In this document: positions 14,566 through 28,576 of the stretch, piece by piece
Position numbering within the stretch: position 1 is the first letter of the stretch
How the letters are laid out: every line of letters starts with the position of its first letter
Assembly: GCA_964016885.1 (NCBI GenBank)
Contig: OZ024741.1
Location: 315,332,001 to 315,396,000 of the forward strand
Source of the DNA: Eledone cirrhosa
Lineage: Eukaryota
Direction: 5' to 3'
Length of the DNA stretch: 64,000 nt
Program-made: the position numbers and the translations under genes
The notes under the pieces: generated by a model
What the model saw: only the letters and a program-made list of their open reading frames with translations
The model's database searches: none
Told to the model about the DNA's origin: nothing

Positions 14566-14996
14566 TTAAAGAAATATATATGTAACCGGCAAATTTGCGA
14601 ATTCAAATTACATCATGAATAATAATATTAATAATAAAGATATAGAGAGAAAAAGAGGAAGAAAGGGAGATAGATACAATAAAGAAAGGAAGGAAAAGAA
14701 GGAGAAAGAAGAAGAAAAGGAGAAATTATTATTGATAGAAATATAAAGAGATGAAGATATATAGAAGATGATGGTAGATAGAGTAGAAACAAACATAAGT
14801 AAAAATAACGTATGATAGAAAGAAGAATAGAAGGACAAATAAATGAATAAACTTACAAAGGAATACAAGTGAAATCATATACTCGTCATCTACGTAAACT
14901 TCTTGTTGAGTCAAGCAACGCCGTACGCTAAAACTATCCATAAAAAGAAGTATTCACAACTTCTAATTGGATTACCTATAACAATATGTTGTTATC

Positions 14997-15078
<82 letters not shown>

Positions 15079-15223
15079 AATAGGATTTCGCTTCAAGCAT
15101 AGCTTTATACAATATGTATAAATATTTCGTATTCCCAAAGAAATACAGTTTTAAGAAGCCGTAGCTATGCAAAAACCGGTGGCTAACGCCCTCTAGTGAT
15201 GTCCAGCAGAAGCAAGGGGGACA

Positions 15224-15267
15224 ACAGTCTATACATTTCAGGCTTAACGGGCCCTCGTCAGGACGGT
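15224..15267 (-). ncRNA. Minimal type I hammerhead ribozyme
   Basis: ACCGUC-CUGACGA-GGGC...GCCU-GAAA-UGUA-UA/GACUGU. Confidence 0.75.
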
Positions 15268-16943
15268 CCCTCCCAACGCTTGCGACTGCTGGACTAGAAG
15301 ACAGCTGAGAATATATACTTTTATCGTCTGCATAAATGAGGTGATTAATCTCATTTGCATATGAAGCTGCATAAGTTGGCTCAACTTATAATAAAAGAGA
15401 AATAGGATTTCGCTTCAAGCATAGCTTTATCTGTTAGAACACGAAAAGTGTGAAACAACAGAATGTTCACTTTTCGTGTTCTAACATATATGCCTAACAT
15501 CTTCATAAATTTTCCCGGGATAGCCGTGGTGGTGGTGATCGTATGTCATTGGCTAATTTTCAACCAATCAGAGTAAGTGTTGATATATATATATATATAT
15601 ATATATATATCCTATTCCCCCTCTCTCTATATATATCTTACGCTTTACACTCCTCCCCTTCAATAACACATTTCCCCCTCTCTATATATCTCTTCCACTG
15701 TTACTTACGCCTGTTTCTCTCTATCTGTTCCGTCTCTATATATATATCTCTTACTCTTTCGCTTTGCACTCCTCCCCTTCAATACCATCTCTCCCCCTCT
15801 CTATATATTTGTTACTCTATCGCTGCACGCTCCCCTCCTTCAATATATCAATTACACACGCTTTACACTCCTTTATCCCCAGCGCCCCTATATATACACC
15901 CCCCCTCCCGCATCTATATTTTAATGTTCCGTTGCACCGTGAATATATGTGTCTATATATATATACATATATATTGTATATACACATTCATGTATGTTTA
16001 TACACACTCATGTATGTATATACACTGGTTTTATGTGTGTTATGTGTGTATTGTAAATTTGTACTGTTAAAACACGAAACTAACATTCGATTGACACTTT
16101 GATTACCTGTACAGGCAATAGTTATTAGAATGCTGTTGAAGTGTGTATATATATTTGGGGGACATCCTGTATATACACACATTATATATAATACAATAAA
16201 CAGATAAATACACACATATATATATGAGCTTATTTAATTATAAATATTGTGAATTTTTAACTCAGTTCAATTATATATATAAATGGCTTCTACAGGACTA
16301 GAACTGTTTCATTCGAAAGAAATCATCATAATATTGAGAGGGGGGACTAGATAAAATATTTCAAATCAAATGTGTATAAGTTATAAGTTAAAATGTATAA
16401 ATCGAGACGATAGTGGAGGTATATCTGTTTAGTGGAACAGTAGACGATAGAATTAAATACAGACGAGAATCTCCCTTTAATGAAACAGCAGACGATAGAA
16501 TTAAGGCAATTTAAATTTTAAGCATTTGCATTTCATCGTTACGGGGTCGATAAAATAAAGTACCAGTAATACACTGTCACTATAAGTAGACGACTTTCAA
16601 ATTGAATTGTTGGTTCCATTTCTTTAGTATTTTCAATTGTAGTTATCTACTTAAAAAGCGTTACACGTTTAGAGACATAATTGGTAAGTTATATCTTCCC
16701 TATTAAACCATTGCATTATTTCGCCTACAATAGAACAAAAATGAAATGTTCTTTAAAGAAACAGGAATATAACTTTATAAAAAAAAAAAGTTGCATCCGC
16801 TTCTTTTATCATTGATAATTTTTTCGTTTTAATATTAATTGTTTTTTGTAGTTGTTTATATTAAAAATCTTACTGTAATATTTACTTAAACGAAGGCAGA
16901 CATCTAAACTTATAGATTAATCTTGAGCGAAGGACTAGATAAA

Positions 16944-16984
<41 letters not shown>

Positions 16985-17474
16985 GAAGAATGATAAAATT
17001 TCAAGCAAAGAGTTTAATTAGGTAATGACTTACAAATTTGTTTCAGTATATAGACAAAGCCTGAAGCGCTAATTATAATAATTAGTTAATAATATTACAA
17101 AATATATTAATATTATATTAAATATATACTGAAACAAATTTGTTTAGCAGAAAGTTTCCAGACAAGAAACACGCATATTTTGCTATCCTCAAACACGTTT
17201 ACACATGGCATGAAATATAACTAATCCGAGATGGCTAGGTTTCATCTTCTAACTGGATAAACGAAATCCATTATGTCTTGACAACAACATGAGGTAACAT
17301 TATGTTATTCACAGACACACTTTGTACACTGTTCCATATCAGAATGTATTTCCTTCGTCACATTCACAAACAGTATTGAAAATATGTTCTTCGGCAAATA
17401 AAAATGTTTTGTTCATAATATTTCAACTAGCGATTGCTCTACTCCACGCACGACCACCATAAATTAATGACCAG

Positions 17475-17655
17475 CTCAACACAAGTATTGGTAGAGCGTC
17501 AGACACCATGCTTTGCAGTATTGTTATGGTCCTTTGCATTCTAAGTTCAAATCCTGCCGAGGTTAACTTCGACTTTCATACTTACTAATTCGATAAAATA
17601 AAGTACCAGTAATGGACTGCCGTAATGGATTTGTGCCGAAAAATAGAAACACTAT
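17475..17655 (+). mobile_element. Diverged tRNA-derived SINE copy inside the Helitron
   Basis: B-box-like aagttcaaatcc and core tttcat...cgataaaataaagtaccag, homologous to 22925-23110. Confidence 0.7.
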
Positions 17656-18826
17656 TAATGTGCAATAAGAGCAAAATATAACGACATTGCTCAATTATTT
17701 TATCTAATGTTGTAATAACACAAGGAAATGTTGTTTGTGTATTTGTTTTTATATTTGCTCATAGGCTTTTACAATTTCGCTCAGCCAACAACTATTAAAA
17801 AGTGAGTCGCTTAAGATAACAATTTAATCACAAATTGTTGCTATCTTTTAATACACACCAACAAGTCATCAAATTATGTACAATAAAAACAAATCTTATT
17901 AATTTGCTCAGGGAATATAAAGAAAATGTATATACACTGATAATTGCAATTGTATGTAAATATTTTGTATTTGTATTGTTTATTTTATGTTTTCTATTAT
18001 GTATAATATATTGATTTAATATTGATTGTTTTTTTGTAGTTGTTTATATTAAAAGTCTGAAAATATTTTTATACATCTTACACTAATATTTATAAGATAA
18101 TTTATAATAACAATTACATAATCTAATTACATTACAACGATAATTTATTATTAATATATATCCTGTTTAACTAGAGTTATTACAAGCGTTGCCTTAAAAA
18201 AATATTAAACTAGACATGAAAAATGCGCAAGCTCAAAAGTGCCACAGAATGTTATAATAAACCTTCAAAAGTGTGGGACTAGAGTTGTTGCTAAAAAATA
18301 TTGTAATCATTATATATCGTACATTCTGTGGCATCCTTTATAAAAATAGCTTAAACCAACGAAGCCTTTATTTTTACGCTATTTCACTTAGTTAATTCTT
18401 AGAGTGTAACATATAAAAATAAATACATCTATGTTTAATGTAATAACAGCTATAAATAATTACGTAATATTATTATCATATACTCATAGTAACAAAATAA
18501 TTGTGTTGAAAATTAATATGATGCTTATATGAACGATCAAATCTATAATGATAATTTCTTAAATATACTAATAGTAAAATAATTTAGTTATCTATTGTTA
18601 CATTTTCATAGAACTATAATATTAACAATCGTATTGCATTATCAAATTTTTATCACTACAAACTTTCATATTGGAATTACCTTAAGCCACTTATTATTAC
18701 TTCGCTTTCGTACTTTTACAGCTGTAGATATTGCGCTGTATCTTATATCTAATATCAATATCTCGTGGTAATTTGCATGCAGTGTAAAATAGGTTTATTA
18801 ATAACTTTAATATGAAATGTATTATA

Positions 18827-18914
18827 CAGGGCTGCGGAGTCGGCTAAAAATTGACTGGCTCCAACTCAGGATCCGATACTCCATTATTTCCTAAATTTCA
18901 GCTCCGCAGCTCTG
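18827..18914. mobile_element. 88-bp hAT-like MITE
   Basis: TIRs CAGGGCTGCGGAG / CTCCGCAGCTCTG with 8-bp flanks gtattata / ttattata (7 of 8 match, putative TSD). Confidence 0.7.
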
Positions 18915-19281
18915 TTATTATATTAATTAATTTATTTTATAGTTGTAAATCATATTTTTATATGTTACACTCTAAGAATTAACTAAGTGAAATAGCGTAA
19001 AAATAAAGGCTTCGTTGGTTTAAGCTATTTTTATAAAGGATGCCACAGAATGTACGATATATAATGATTACAATATTTTTTAGCAACAACTCTAGTCCCA
19101 CACTTTTGAAGGTTTATTATAACATTCTGTGGCACTTTTGAGCTTGCGCATTTTTCATGTCTAGTACAATATGTATAAATATTTCGTATTTCCCAAAAAA
19201 TACAGTTTTAGAAAGCCGTAGCTATGCAAACATCGGGGGGCTAACGCCCTCTGGTGATGTCCAGCAGAAGCAAGGGGGACA

Positions 19282-19325
19282 ACCGTCTATGCATTTCAGG
19301 CTTAACTGGCCTTCGTCAGGTCGGT
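19282..19325 (-). ncRNA. Minimal type I hammerhead ribozyme (second copy of the 15224 family)
   Basis: ACCGAC-CUGACGA-AGGC...GCCU-GAAA-UGCA-UA/GACGGU, with palindromic stem III. Confidence 0.75.
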
Positions 19326-19364
19326 CCCTCCCACCGCTTGCGACTGCTGGACTGCGAAATATTT

Positions 19365-19431
<67 letters not shown>

Positions 19432-19450
19432 TATAAATATATATATATAC

Positions 19451-19495
<45 letters not shown>

Positions 19496-19651
19496 TATAT
19501 ATATATATATATATATAACGGAGGAAATGTGGTAAGAAACAAGGTGGACCATAACGCACCAAAGTACTCAATACTTAGGGTAGTAGAGTGGATAATAGGA
19601 ACGAGTCGGTCCCCGACGGCTAAGCTCAGGCCGTTTCGACGGCTAATTCTG

Positions 19652-19685
<34 letters not shown>

Positions 19686-19978
19686 TATAAATTATGTCCA
19701 TAGAATCGTTTGATAAGGTATATACACTATTTCCTCTCCCAATCAACTTAATCAACCACACAAAAAACTAATTAAACCAGGCTATAAGATTAAAAGGCAC
19801 ATATGAAGAAATAATAGATAAATAAACGACAGCCATCTATTCGCGATCAACTGCAATAGAATATTTACCCAGCATATCAATAGCACGTGGAAATCGATTA
19901 AATATATCGTCAACTATACACAATTAGGTATAAAATTAAAGTTAGAAGACCAAATGCATATAAACATACCAGGATCAC

Positions 19979-20060
19979 GTTTCTACCCTTTGGGGTTTCA
20001 TTCGCTTTCGGAGATATCCGATCAAGGATACATTCTCGAGCTTCGAAATCATCAGGAAAC
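19979..20060 (-). ncRNA. Type I hammerhead ribozyme (copy of the 13876 family)
   Basis: Same core and stems. The stem III loop is CAAA instead of UAAA. Confidence 0.85.
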
Positions 20061-20510
20061 AAACTCATATATATATATATATATATGTAAATATCTTTAA
20101 GTCGTTTGGAAGCCCCGACAATGCAAATGGGTAAATCTCCGGGTAACAAGGTCCGGTGGTGGAGAGAGAGATGTAAGTGGGTGTACGTCGAGATGCGTGG
20201 TGTGTATAAGATGTGTGAGATGCGTAGAATGAAGGGAAGAGTATAAATAGGGACTATTAAATCTCTCCCAAGGTAACTCTCTCTTGTGTTGTTATTATTA
20301 TTTTTATTCTTTTACTCTTCCCTTCATTCTACACATCTCACACATCTTATACACACCACGCATCTCAACGTACACCCACTTACATATCTCTCTCTCCACC
20401 ACCGGACCTTGTTACCCGGAGATTTACCCATTTGCATTGTCGAGGCTTCCAAACGACTTAAAGATATTTACTTATTGTTCCACAATGCTTCAAGCAAACT
20501 TCAATACTCT

Positions 20511-20599
<89 letters not shown>

Positions 20600-20603
20600 A
20601 TAT

Positions 20604-20637
<34 letters not shown>

Positions 20638-20643
20638 ATATAT

Positions 20644-20759
<116 letters not shown>

Positions 20760-20762
20760 TTT

Positions 20763-20844
20763 GTTTCCTGATGATTTCGAAGCTCGAGAATGTATCCTTG
20801 ATCGGATATTTCCGAAAGCGAATGAAACCCTAAAGGGTAGAAAC
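20763..20844 (+). ncRNA. Type I hammerhead ribozyme (copy of the 13876 family)
   Basis: Same sequence as 13876-13957. Confidence 0.85.
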
Positions 20845-20927
20845 GTAATCCTGGTATGTTTATATGCATTTGTTCTTCTAACTTTATATATAGAACTTCT
20901 AACTTTATATATATATATATATATATA

Positions 20928-22818
20928 GGAACGAGTAGGACCCCGACGGCTGAGCTCAAGTCGTTTCGACGGCTAATTCTTGACTAAATGAAAATTTTTA
21001 TCCTGGTATTTGAATAGCCGAGCTTCTCAAGGGGTAATTCCATATATGGTCAAAGTGATTGTCACAAGGATTGGTCAAAAGTTTGTTGTTGAGACATAAT
21101 AATTCTATGATGGCAATTTGTGGAGGGAAGGGGTAGCTAAACCTGCCAGTAGGAGAAAGAGGGAGAGGGGGTGGAGGAAACCCATTCATGCGTTGATAGT
21201 GCCGACTACAGCTGGGCATGAGGTCAAAGAAGATACTAGGGAGGGGGAGGGGGAGGAAGTCGAAACAATAAGTAGAACAATAAGGGGTAAATATATAGAA
21301 AAATACTGAGAGTGTTAAAAAGCAGTTAAATGTGAAAAAAAAAACAATTTCTGGTTAACTACGACCTAAGTCTCTTACTGGTACTGCTAGGCTAAAAAAA
21401 TATACTAGGTGGGACGGAATTATAATGAGACCCTTTTAAGAGGTAGGATTAACCGCATGTGACTTCAAGACCCGGCTATACCAACACAGACATTCCTTCC
21501 GAAACCCGGCCCGGCGTCACGCCACTACACTTTCGGGCCACATATGGGACCTCAAGGATAACAACATTACCTATGATCTCAATTGGAGATTACTGTCCAG
21601 AGCCAACTCTTACACGGGAGGACGCCGTCCGTAAAGGAAACTTTACAAATGCTGTTTTCGACGGACCAACTCCTAAACAAGAAAGATGAACTGGTTACTG
21701 CATGTAAACACAGATTGCGTAGGACTTACCTCGCCCTCAAACCCCATAATGACCCGGGGGGGGGGGTAGACTATGGCTATAACAACCCACTTGCCTATTT
21801 TGTATTGGGTAACCCCTGCTTGCTAAGGTAGACGTAAGATCTTCTTTTATATCTTTTTATCGCTTCCTCTATATTTCCTTCTTCCCCCCATCCCTCCCTA
21901 GTCCTTCCACCCCAGTTCTCTTTCTTTGTCGTCGTCTTTTTCTCGCCCACCCGAGGCAGCCCCTCGGTCCTTTGTAGCCTCAGTACCCCCACCCCCTTCC
22001 CCTATTCTATGATAGATTTGGCCGACTCCGCTTTTTATAGCAGATGTTTTAGACCGGGGTCTAAAACATCTGCGTATTAGTTTACTTTTTTGCACTGGGT
22101 GGTTGCTGGCCTTGTGCCTGGGGTAGAAACCTTTATTTATTATTTCGTGGTAGTTTCTTTAGTATTTTGGCCCCTCATTTGTTGACCCGTCACCGTAAGA
22201 TACACTCGGTCTATTACTTATGCCTCTTAAAAGGGTCTCATTATAATTCCGTCCCACCTAGTATATTTTTTTAGCCTAGCAGTACCAGTGAGAGACTTAG
22301 GTCGTAGTTAACCAGAAATTGTTTGTTTTTTTTACATTTAATTGCTTTTTAACACTCTCAGTATTTTTCTATATATTTACCCCTTATTGTTCTACTTATT
22401 GTTTCGACTTCCTCCCCCTACCCCTCCCTAGTATCTTCTTTGACCTCATGCCCAGCTGTAGTCGGCACTATCAACGCATGAATGGGTCTCCTCCACCCCT
22501 CTCCCTCTTTCTCCTACTGGCAGGTTTAGCTACCCCTTCCCTCCACAAATTGCCATCATAGAATTATTATGTCTCAACAACAAACTTTTGACCAATCCTT
22601 GTGACAATCACTTTGACCATATATGGAATTACCTCTTGAGAAGCTCGGCTATTCAAATACCAGGATAAAAAATTTTCATTTAGTCAAGAATTAGCCGTCG
22701 AAACGGCTTGAGCTCAGCCGTCAGTGTCCTACTCGTTCCTATCACCCACTCTACTACCCTAAGTATTGAGTACTTTGGTGCGTTATGGTCCACCTGGTTC
22801 CTTACCACTTTTCCTCCG

Positions 22819-22820
<2 letters not shown>
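20928..22820 (+). mobile_element. 5'-truncated PLE: GIY-YIG C-terminus plus pseudo-LTR (family A), with an inverted pLTR copy at the 5' end
   Basis: LNKKDELVTACKHRL at about 21675-21720. Arms 20928-21443 and 22223-22740 are inverted copies. Confidence 0.8.
22633..22712 (+). ncRNA. Hammerhead-like motif with U3-A8 core and degenerate cleavage site
   Basis: CUC-UUGAGAA-G..CGGCUA...UAGCCG.C-GAAA-CGGC-UU/GAG. Inverted copy at about 20955-21032. Confidence 0.5.
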
Positions 22821-22873
<53 letters not shown>

Positions 22874-22924
22874 TATACATATATATATATATATATACAT
22901 ATATATACATATATATATATATAA

Positions 22925-23110
22925 TTGTTTCTACTTTAGGCACAAGGCCAGCAATTACCCAGTACATTACTGGTACTTTATTTTATCGACCCCGTAAGGA
23001 TGAAAGGCAAAGTTAACCTCGGCGGGATTTGAACTCAGACTGTAAAGGGACGTAACTATGCTAGAAAGCATGGCGTCCAACCCTCTACCGATACTGCCAA
23101 TTCACCGCCC
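22925..23110 (-). mobile_element. Full-length tRNA-derived SINE (resembles octopus OK/OR-type SINEs)
   Basis: Minus strand GGCGGTGAAT-TGGCAGTATCGG (A box)...GAGTTCAAATCC (B box)...TTTCATCCTTACGGGGTCGATAAAATAAAGTACCAG. Further copies or fragments at about 6195, 16525, 17475 and 56807. Confidence 0.85.
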
Positions 23111-23219
23111 ATATATATATATATAATAATAGTAAAAGCAGCGATTCTTTGCTTAAACTTTAATCTGTTATTTTAATAAATATATATATATATATACATA
23201 TATATATACATATATACAT

Positions 23220-23387
<168 letters not shown>

Positions 23388-23557
23388 GGTACACAGAAAT
23401 AACAACACAATCGGTACAGTATATGGAAAGCATATATTAGGTTAACGCCTGATATAGCAGGAAGAGGGATATAACGTTTCGGACGCTAGTCCTTCATCAG
23501 AAGAAATGAGAAATAAAATAAATTAAGGGGACGGGTGGGATGGAACATATATATATA

Positions 23558-23640
<83 letters not shown>

Positions 23641-24081
23641 ACCCACCTTAGCCTATCATTTAGTATAACTAACAAACTAAAACATATTTAGTCCACCACG
23701 TAAACACCTATAAGTTACCTCCCCCGAATTATCTTAGTCACATATCTCATTATAACTTTGTCTATAAGCTACCTCTTTGGCATTATCTTAGTTACAACTC
23801 TGATTGTCGCATTTGGATCTTCAATGAGTTGCCTCCCTTGAAACCCATCTCTGTACAATAAGGTAATTTCCCTACAAGAAGCCATTTTGTTGTGCGTTAG
23901 GTGGCATTGTTTACCTTCAGCCTCGACGGATATGTAACGTTTCTTTATACCATACACTTGAATTTTCCAGTGCCAAGGGGCCCCATCTAGGGACCTGCTA
24001 TTCTGACGATTATTTACGGACACATAACCCTCTTATTTTATTTTTATTTTATTTCTACTTTATACATATTAATATTTTCAT

Positions 24082-24224
24082 TATCAAACTTCAACTACTG
24101 AGGAGCTGCTTCATAATATTATTCTATGTTAATTATCTTTCTCTGCAACAAATCAATAACGGTATTACCATCGATCGATCCAGAAACATTAAATGGAGTA
24201 GTGAAACAATTGTAAACTGATATT
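24082..24224 (+). ncRNA. Hammerhead motif with a very long stem II insertion
   Basis: CUGAGGA-GCUGCUUCAU...(about 78 nt)...AUGGAGUAGU-GAAA-CAAUUG-UA: 10-bp stem II base, but stem I is poor. Confidence 0.55.
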
Positions 24225-24320
24225 ATTACCCCCTTATAATAAACTACAGTTAATGTTGATACTTTTCGACTAATGTCTTCTATGTGAGCTTGTGGTCTTG
24301 ATTTGCTTAACTACTGAATA

Positions 24321-24441
<121 letters not shown>

Positions 24442-24459
24442 ATATATGAATGAAAGGTT

Positions 24460-25565
24460 ATAACTGGTACTAATTCTTTTACCTATTTTGGTTCCACTTC
24501 CACTTCCTTCAAAGCAAGATTTTATAATCACAATTCGTCTTTTAAATACAAACTTAAAAGAACTAACACGGCACTCTCAGAACTCATATGGTCCTTAAAA
24601 GACAAAAATATTAACTACAACATCTCTTGGTGGAAGGTTTGCAACGCCTTTCCCTACCAGAATTCTTCCCTATCCAGAAAATGTAATCTCTGCCTAGCCA
24701 AGAAATTTACCATTATCTCTAATTTTAATTCTATAATAAATAGACGTACGGATTTATTTTCGCTCTGCTTGCATAAATCCCATAGAACTTTCCATAAAGT
24801 ATACATCTAATATCTCAATACCTAATTAGTTTAAAATCTTCTTTTCTCAAACGCTTTTATATCTTTTACAAATATACCCATCTTTCTAACTTATTTCAGT
24901 ATATTATATTATACAATTTACCCATTCTATGTCGTTAGCGGTCCCCTATTTTTCTTCTTTTTTATCCTTTTTTCTTTTTTAATTTCTAATCTTTAATCTG
25001 TAACTTTTACTTCTCAATTACTTCTTAATTGATATTATTACTCACTATAGCATTTTCCTTTTTCCATATATTCTTGGCCATACAAACTATATTTTTTATA
25101 TATACTAATATATACTAATATTACCATTAGTAAATTTTGTAAACATATATATTTTTTGACGTTATATATTTTTTCTTCCTTAAATTTGTTTCTTTCTTCT
25201 CTCCTTCCGTGCTCGTATTAAACCTATTATTTACTTTTACATATTACAATACATAAAGACAAACTTAAACCCTAACTAATTCCTCTAAGTTCATAATACA
25301 TTTAATCTCTCCTTCATTCACCTTATATCCTTAATATTTTTATTTCAATAATACATATTAATAAATACTTTTTCGCACATATTATTAAAGCATTCAATAT
25401 ATAAACCTTAAATAAATACTATTCTTAATTCCGTTTTCTTGAATCATAAACATCACCTTTCATAAACCTCATTAACTTTTAATTTCAAAATCTTTTAAAA
25501 TTATCTATTATCTTACAACGGTTTTTTTAATTTCTCTCTGTGAGACAGTGTTTCTCAGTATTAAA

Positions 25566-25610
<45 letters not shown>

Positions 25611-25900
25611 ATTTCTCCTCCTCTCTCTTCCTTCCTTCTTATACTACTCCCACGTCATCCTATATTTTCTTTCTTCCTCTTCCTTACGTCCACCCCCTCC
25701 TTTTTTTTTCCGAATCTCATATATCCATCTTACTTTATTTTTCATATGTTGATTTAACACTTAACTGCTCGCAAGTGTTTATTAAGCTTCATATCATGTC
25801 TCCCTATTTTATCTGATGTGAACGCAAATATCATCCTATGATGATATTTGTTTTTGAAATGCGCAAATATTAAAATACATGGAACTCTTTTAACCATCTT
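24460..25900 (+). pseudogene. PLE 3' remnant: GIY-YIG C-terminal half, AT-rich 3' region and a degenerate HHR near 25810
   Basis: [17 protein letters not shown]...[12 protein letters not shown]...CNLCLAKK...INRRTDLFSLCLHK (to about 24810). Later CUGAUGU, an 11-bp hairpin and GAAA at 25813-25860. Confidence 0.75.
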
Positions 25901-25912
25901 TTGATCTTATAT

Positions 25913-25956
<44 letters not shown>

Positions 25957-25964
25957 CATATATA

Positions 25965-26082
<118 letters not shown>

Positions 26083-26291
26083 TATATATATATATTCTGA
26101 CAGGAACTAATAGATTGATTCTTTTTAGCTTCCCATCCCCACGTAAAGTTTGTAAATCAGTGGCTAGTTGAGAGATAGAGTCCTATCGGTTGCCAGTTAA
26201 TCGCTTTACCGTGTCAATTGTCACAACAGACATGACCGGCACGGGCCGCTGTTTGGATTATGTCCATCGATTGGTTATGGATTAGGCGATA

Positions 26292-26401
26292 CCCGCTGAT
26301 GAAGCCGCATAAGCCGATTGTGCATTGTTGCATAATATATGCAGACAGATGGTGTAGTGCAACTTACTGCTGCATTAGTGCTGCAGAAACTCGAGTCCGA
26401 G
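26292..26401 (+). ncRNA. Type I hammerhead motif with long stem II
   Basis: CCCG-CUGAUGA-AGC...GCA-GAAA-CUCGAG-UC/CGAG, with palindromic stem III and GUC triplet. Confidence 0.6.
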
Positions 26402-26647
26402 AACCTTGTAGGCACCCGTTTTACGTGTGCTGTGTTGAGGCAAATAACTATGTGTATACTCTGGTAATGTATCTTACATTGCCTATTGAGTACGCTGAGA
26501 TATAACCGGTACTGACATTAATAAATATGGTGGGTCCGTCAACTCTTATTATATATATATATCACGATAAATTAACGGAGGCATAGGCCCTCGCTATTCC
26601 CTGTAAATAATGTGCTCAAAGGAGTAGAGATCCTGAGCTCTTTAAAA

Positions 26648-26844
26648 TACAATATGTTGAAAAGGTAACACACCAGAGAGAGATATATAGTGCGTTATCA
26701 ATAATACAGGGAAAAAATCAATTATCGTGTCTATAGTCTGCCTTTCATAGGTTATAGATTCCATACACTGGTGGTTTTTTCCCTGTATTATTGATAACGC
26801 ACTATATATCACTTTCTGGTGTGTTACCGTTTCAACATATTGTG
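26648..26844. repeat. Inverted repeat of about 70 bp
   Basis: acaatatgttgaaa...cagggaaaaaa and its reverse complement, about 50 bp apart. Confidence 0.8.
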
Positions 26845-27156
26845 TGTATATATATATATATATATAAAAGCGAAGTAGTTTCAGATGTTCAAGTCCTTTA
26901 ATAATAATGCTGTGGTATATATTTCAGTGACGACACTGGCCACACTGTTCTGTGTGCGAGTGTCGTGTCATCATCAGACAGCTTGTTACATAATAAGGTT
27001 ATGTTTCCGAGGCAATCCAAATTGGATCGACATGGGAACGGATGAATTGCGTGTTTTGGGGTTTTTCATCTGCTCCCTTGTGAGTACCAATTCACCCCCG
27101 CCGGCCTGCGCAAGCGCATGTCCGAAGGAAGTTGACCATTAGCCACCGCAGATTTC

Positions 27157-27510
27157 AACGAAATTTGCTTAGTCAGTTCACCCTCTCAGCCAAAACAATA
27201 ATTGTTTAATTTATAATTTCTGATATTTGATTTAGGATTTTAATTTTTATTTCCAACTCTCACTCTTAACTTCCAACGTATAACCATGATACCTAGAATT
27301 AAGTTTATTTTCTCTTATAAGTTGATGGTCAGTCGTACCGTCAACGCTTAGTGAGGGGTAGTATTATGACCTGTATAAACTAACACTCTCCCATCCCCTC
27401 TGGCTCTCGGCTGACTGCCACAGCCGTGATGGGTAGCAGTAAAATATTGTTCAGGCGTTGGTGGGCCATTGTTTTGGCTGACAGGGTGAACTGACTAAGC
27501 AAATTTCGTT
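27157..27510. repeat. 43-bp inverted repeats enclosing about 270 bp (MITE-like or PLE inversion)
   Basis: aacgaaatttgcttagtcagttcaccct.tcagccaaaacaat at 27157-27199 and its reverse complement at 27468-27510. No TSD seen. Confidence 0.6.
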
Positions 27511-28464
27511 ATTATATCAATATAATTTTAAAAAAATAAAATATTATATCAATATAATTAAAAAAAACAAGGATTCTACAGATATCAAAATATTAAAATA
27601 TTTTAAAATATAAATATAAATTTAAAATGTAGTATAATTAATTAAGTAATTTGGTTAATATATGAAACCTGTCGATAAATCATTAGATTCCTTCACCTTT
27701 TTCTGTTTCATTTTCTTTGGTTAAATACTCAAGTATAAATTTTCTTCCTAAATATAAATATAGATATAATAAACTACTCTAAAATGTCTATCGTTCCAAT
27801 ATCTTAAATAAAATATACGTAAGATAAATTTCTATACTAAATATATTAAACATATTATTTTAGCTTAAAATATTCTATAATTTTATAATATTTTAATATT
27901 TTGATATCTGTAGAATCATTTTTTTTAATTATATTGATATAATATTTTTTTTTTTTTTTAATTATATTGATATAATATTTTATTTATTTTTTATTAGGTA
28001 TGTTTTTATTCTGATAGCTTCTCATAATTTTCGAAAGTTTATCCTTTCAATATCTTGATTACAATATACGTAAGATAAATTTCTATACTAAATCTATTAA
28101 TCATATTATTTTAACTTAAGATATTCTATAATATTTTAAAATATTTAATATTTTGATATTTGTAGAATTCGTTTGTCTTTTAAGTTATACTGATATAATG
28201 ATATTTCCAAAATATAATCCTTTTGTATTTTAAATTTATATTGATATAATTATATTTCCAAAATATAATCCTTTTGTATTTTATAAACTCAATTGTACTA
28301 TATAATATATTGATGTATACTTATCTCCATACGAATATGTATATATATATATATGTGTATTAACATACATATACATGTGTTATATGCTTTTTTGTGATTA
28401 TATATCTGTCTGTATATATGCATGAGTGACGCGTGTCTACCAATCGGGTGAGGATGCACGCACA

Positions 28465-28576
<112 letters not shown>

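Larger units (their letters stand above)
15430..19164 (+). mobile_element. Non-autonomous Helitron (3.7 kb) with an inverted duplication of its 3' end
   Basis: Begins TC, ends CTAG and sits between A and T. The flanks gcatagcttta|tacaatatgtataaatatttcg reconstitute the uninterrupted copy at about 15097-15130. Termini are shared with 54243-55436. Confidence 0.85.

Noticed and set aside
22990-23110. tRNA gene
   Set aside because: A and B boxes are present, but there is no cloverleaf and it continues into a repeated SINE body.
23470-23505. Minus-strand CUGAUGA-aGGAC uagc GUCC-GAAA-CGUUA
   Set aside because: Core and stem II look good, but no stem I pairing was found. Not counted as a confident HHR.
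27510-28290. AT-rich inverted and tandem duplications
   Set aside because: Low complexity with no termini, TSD or motif pointing to a function.
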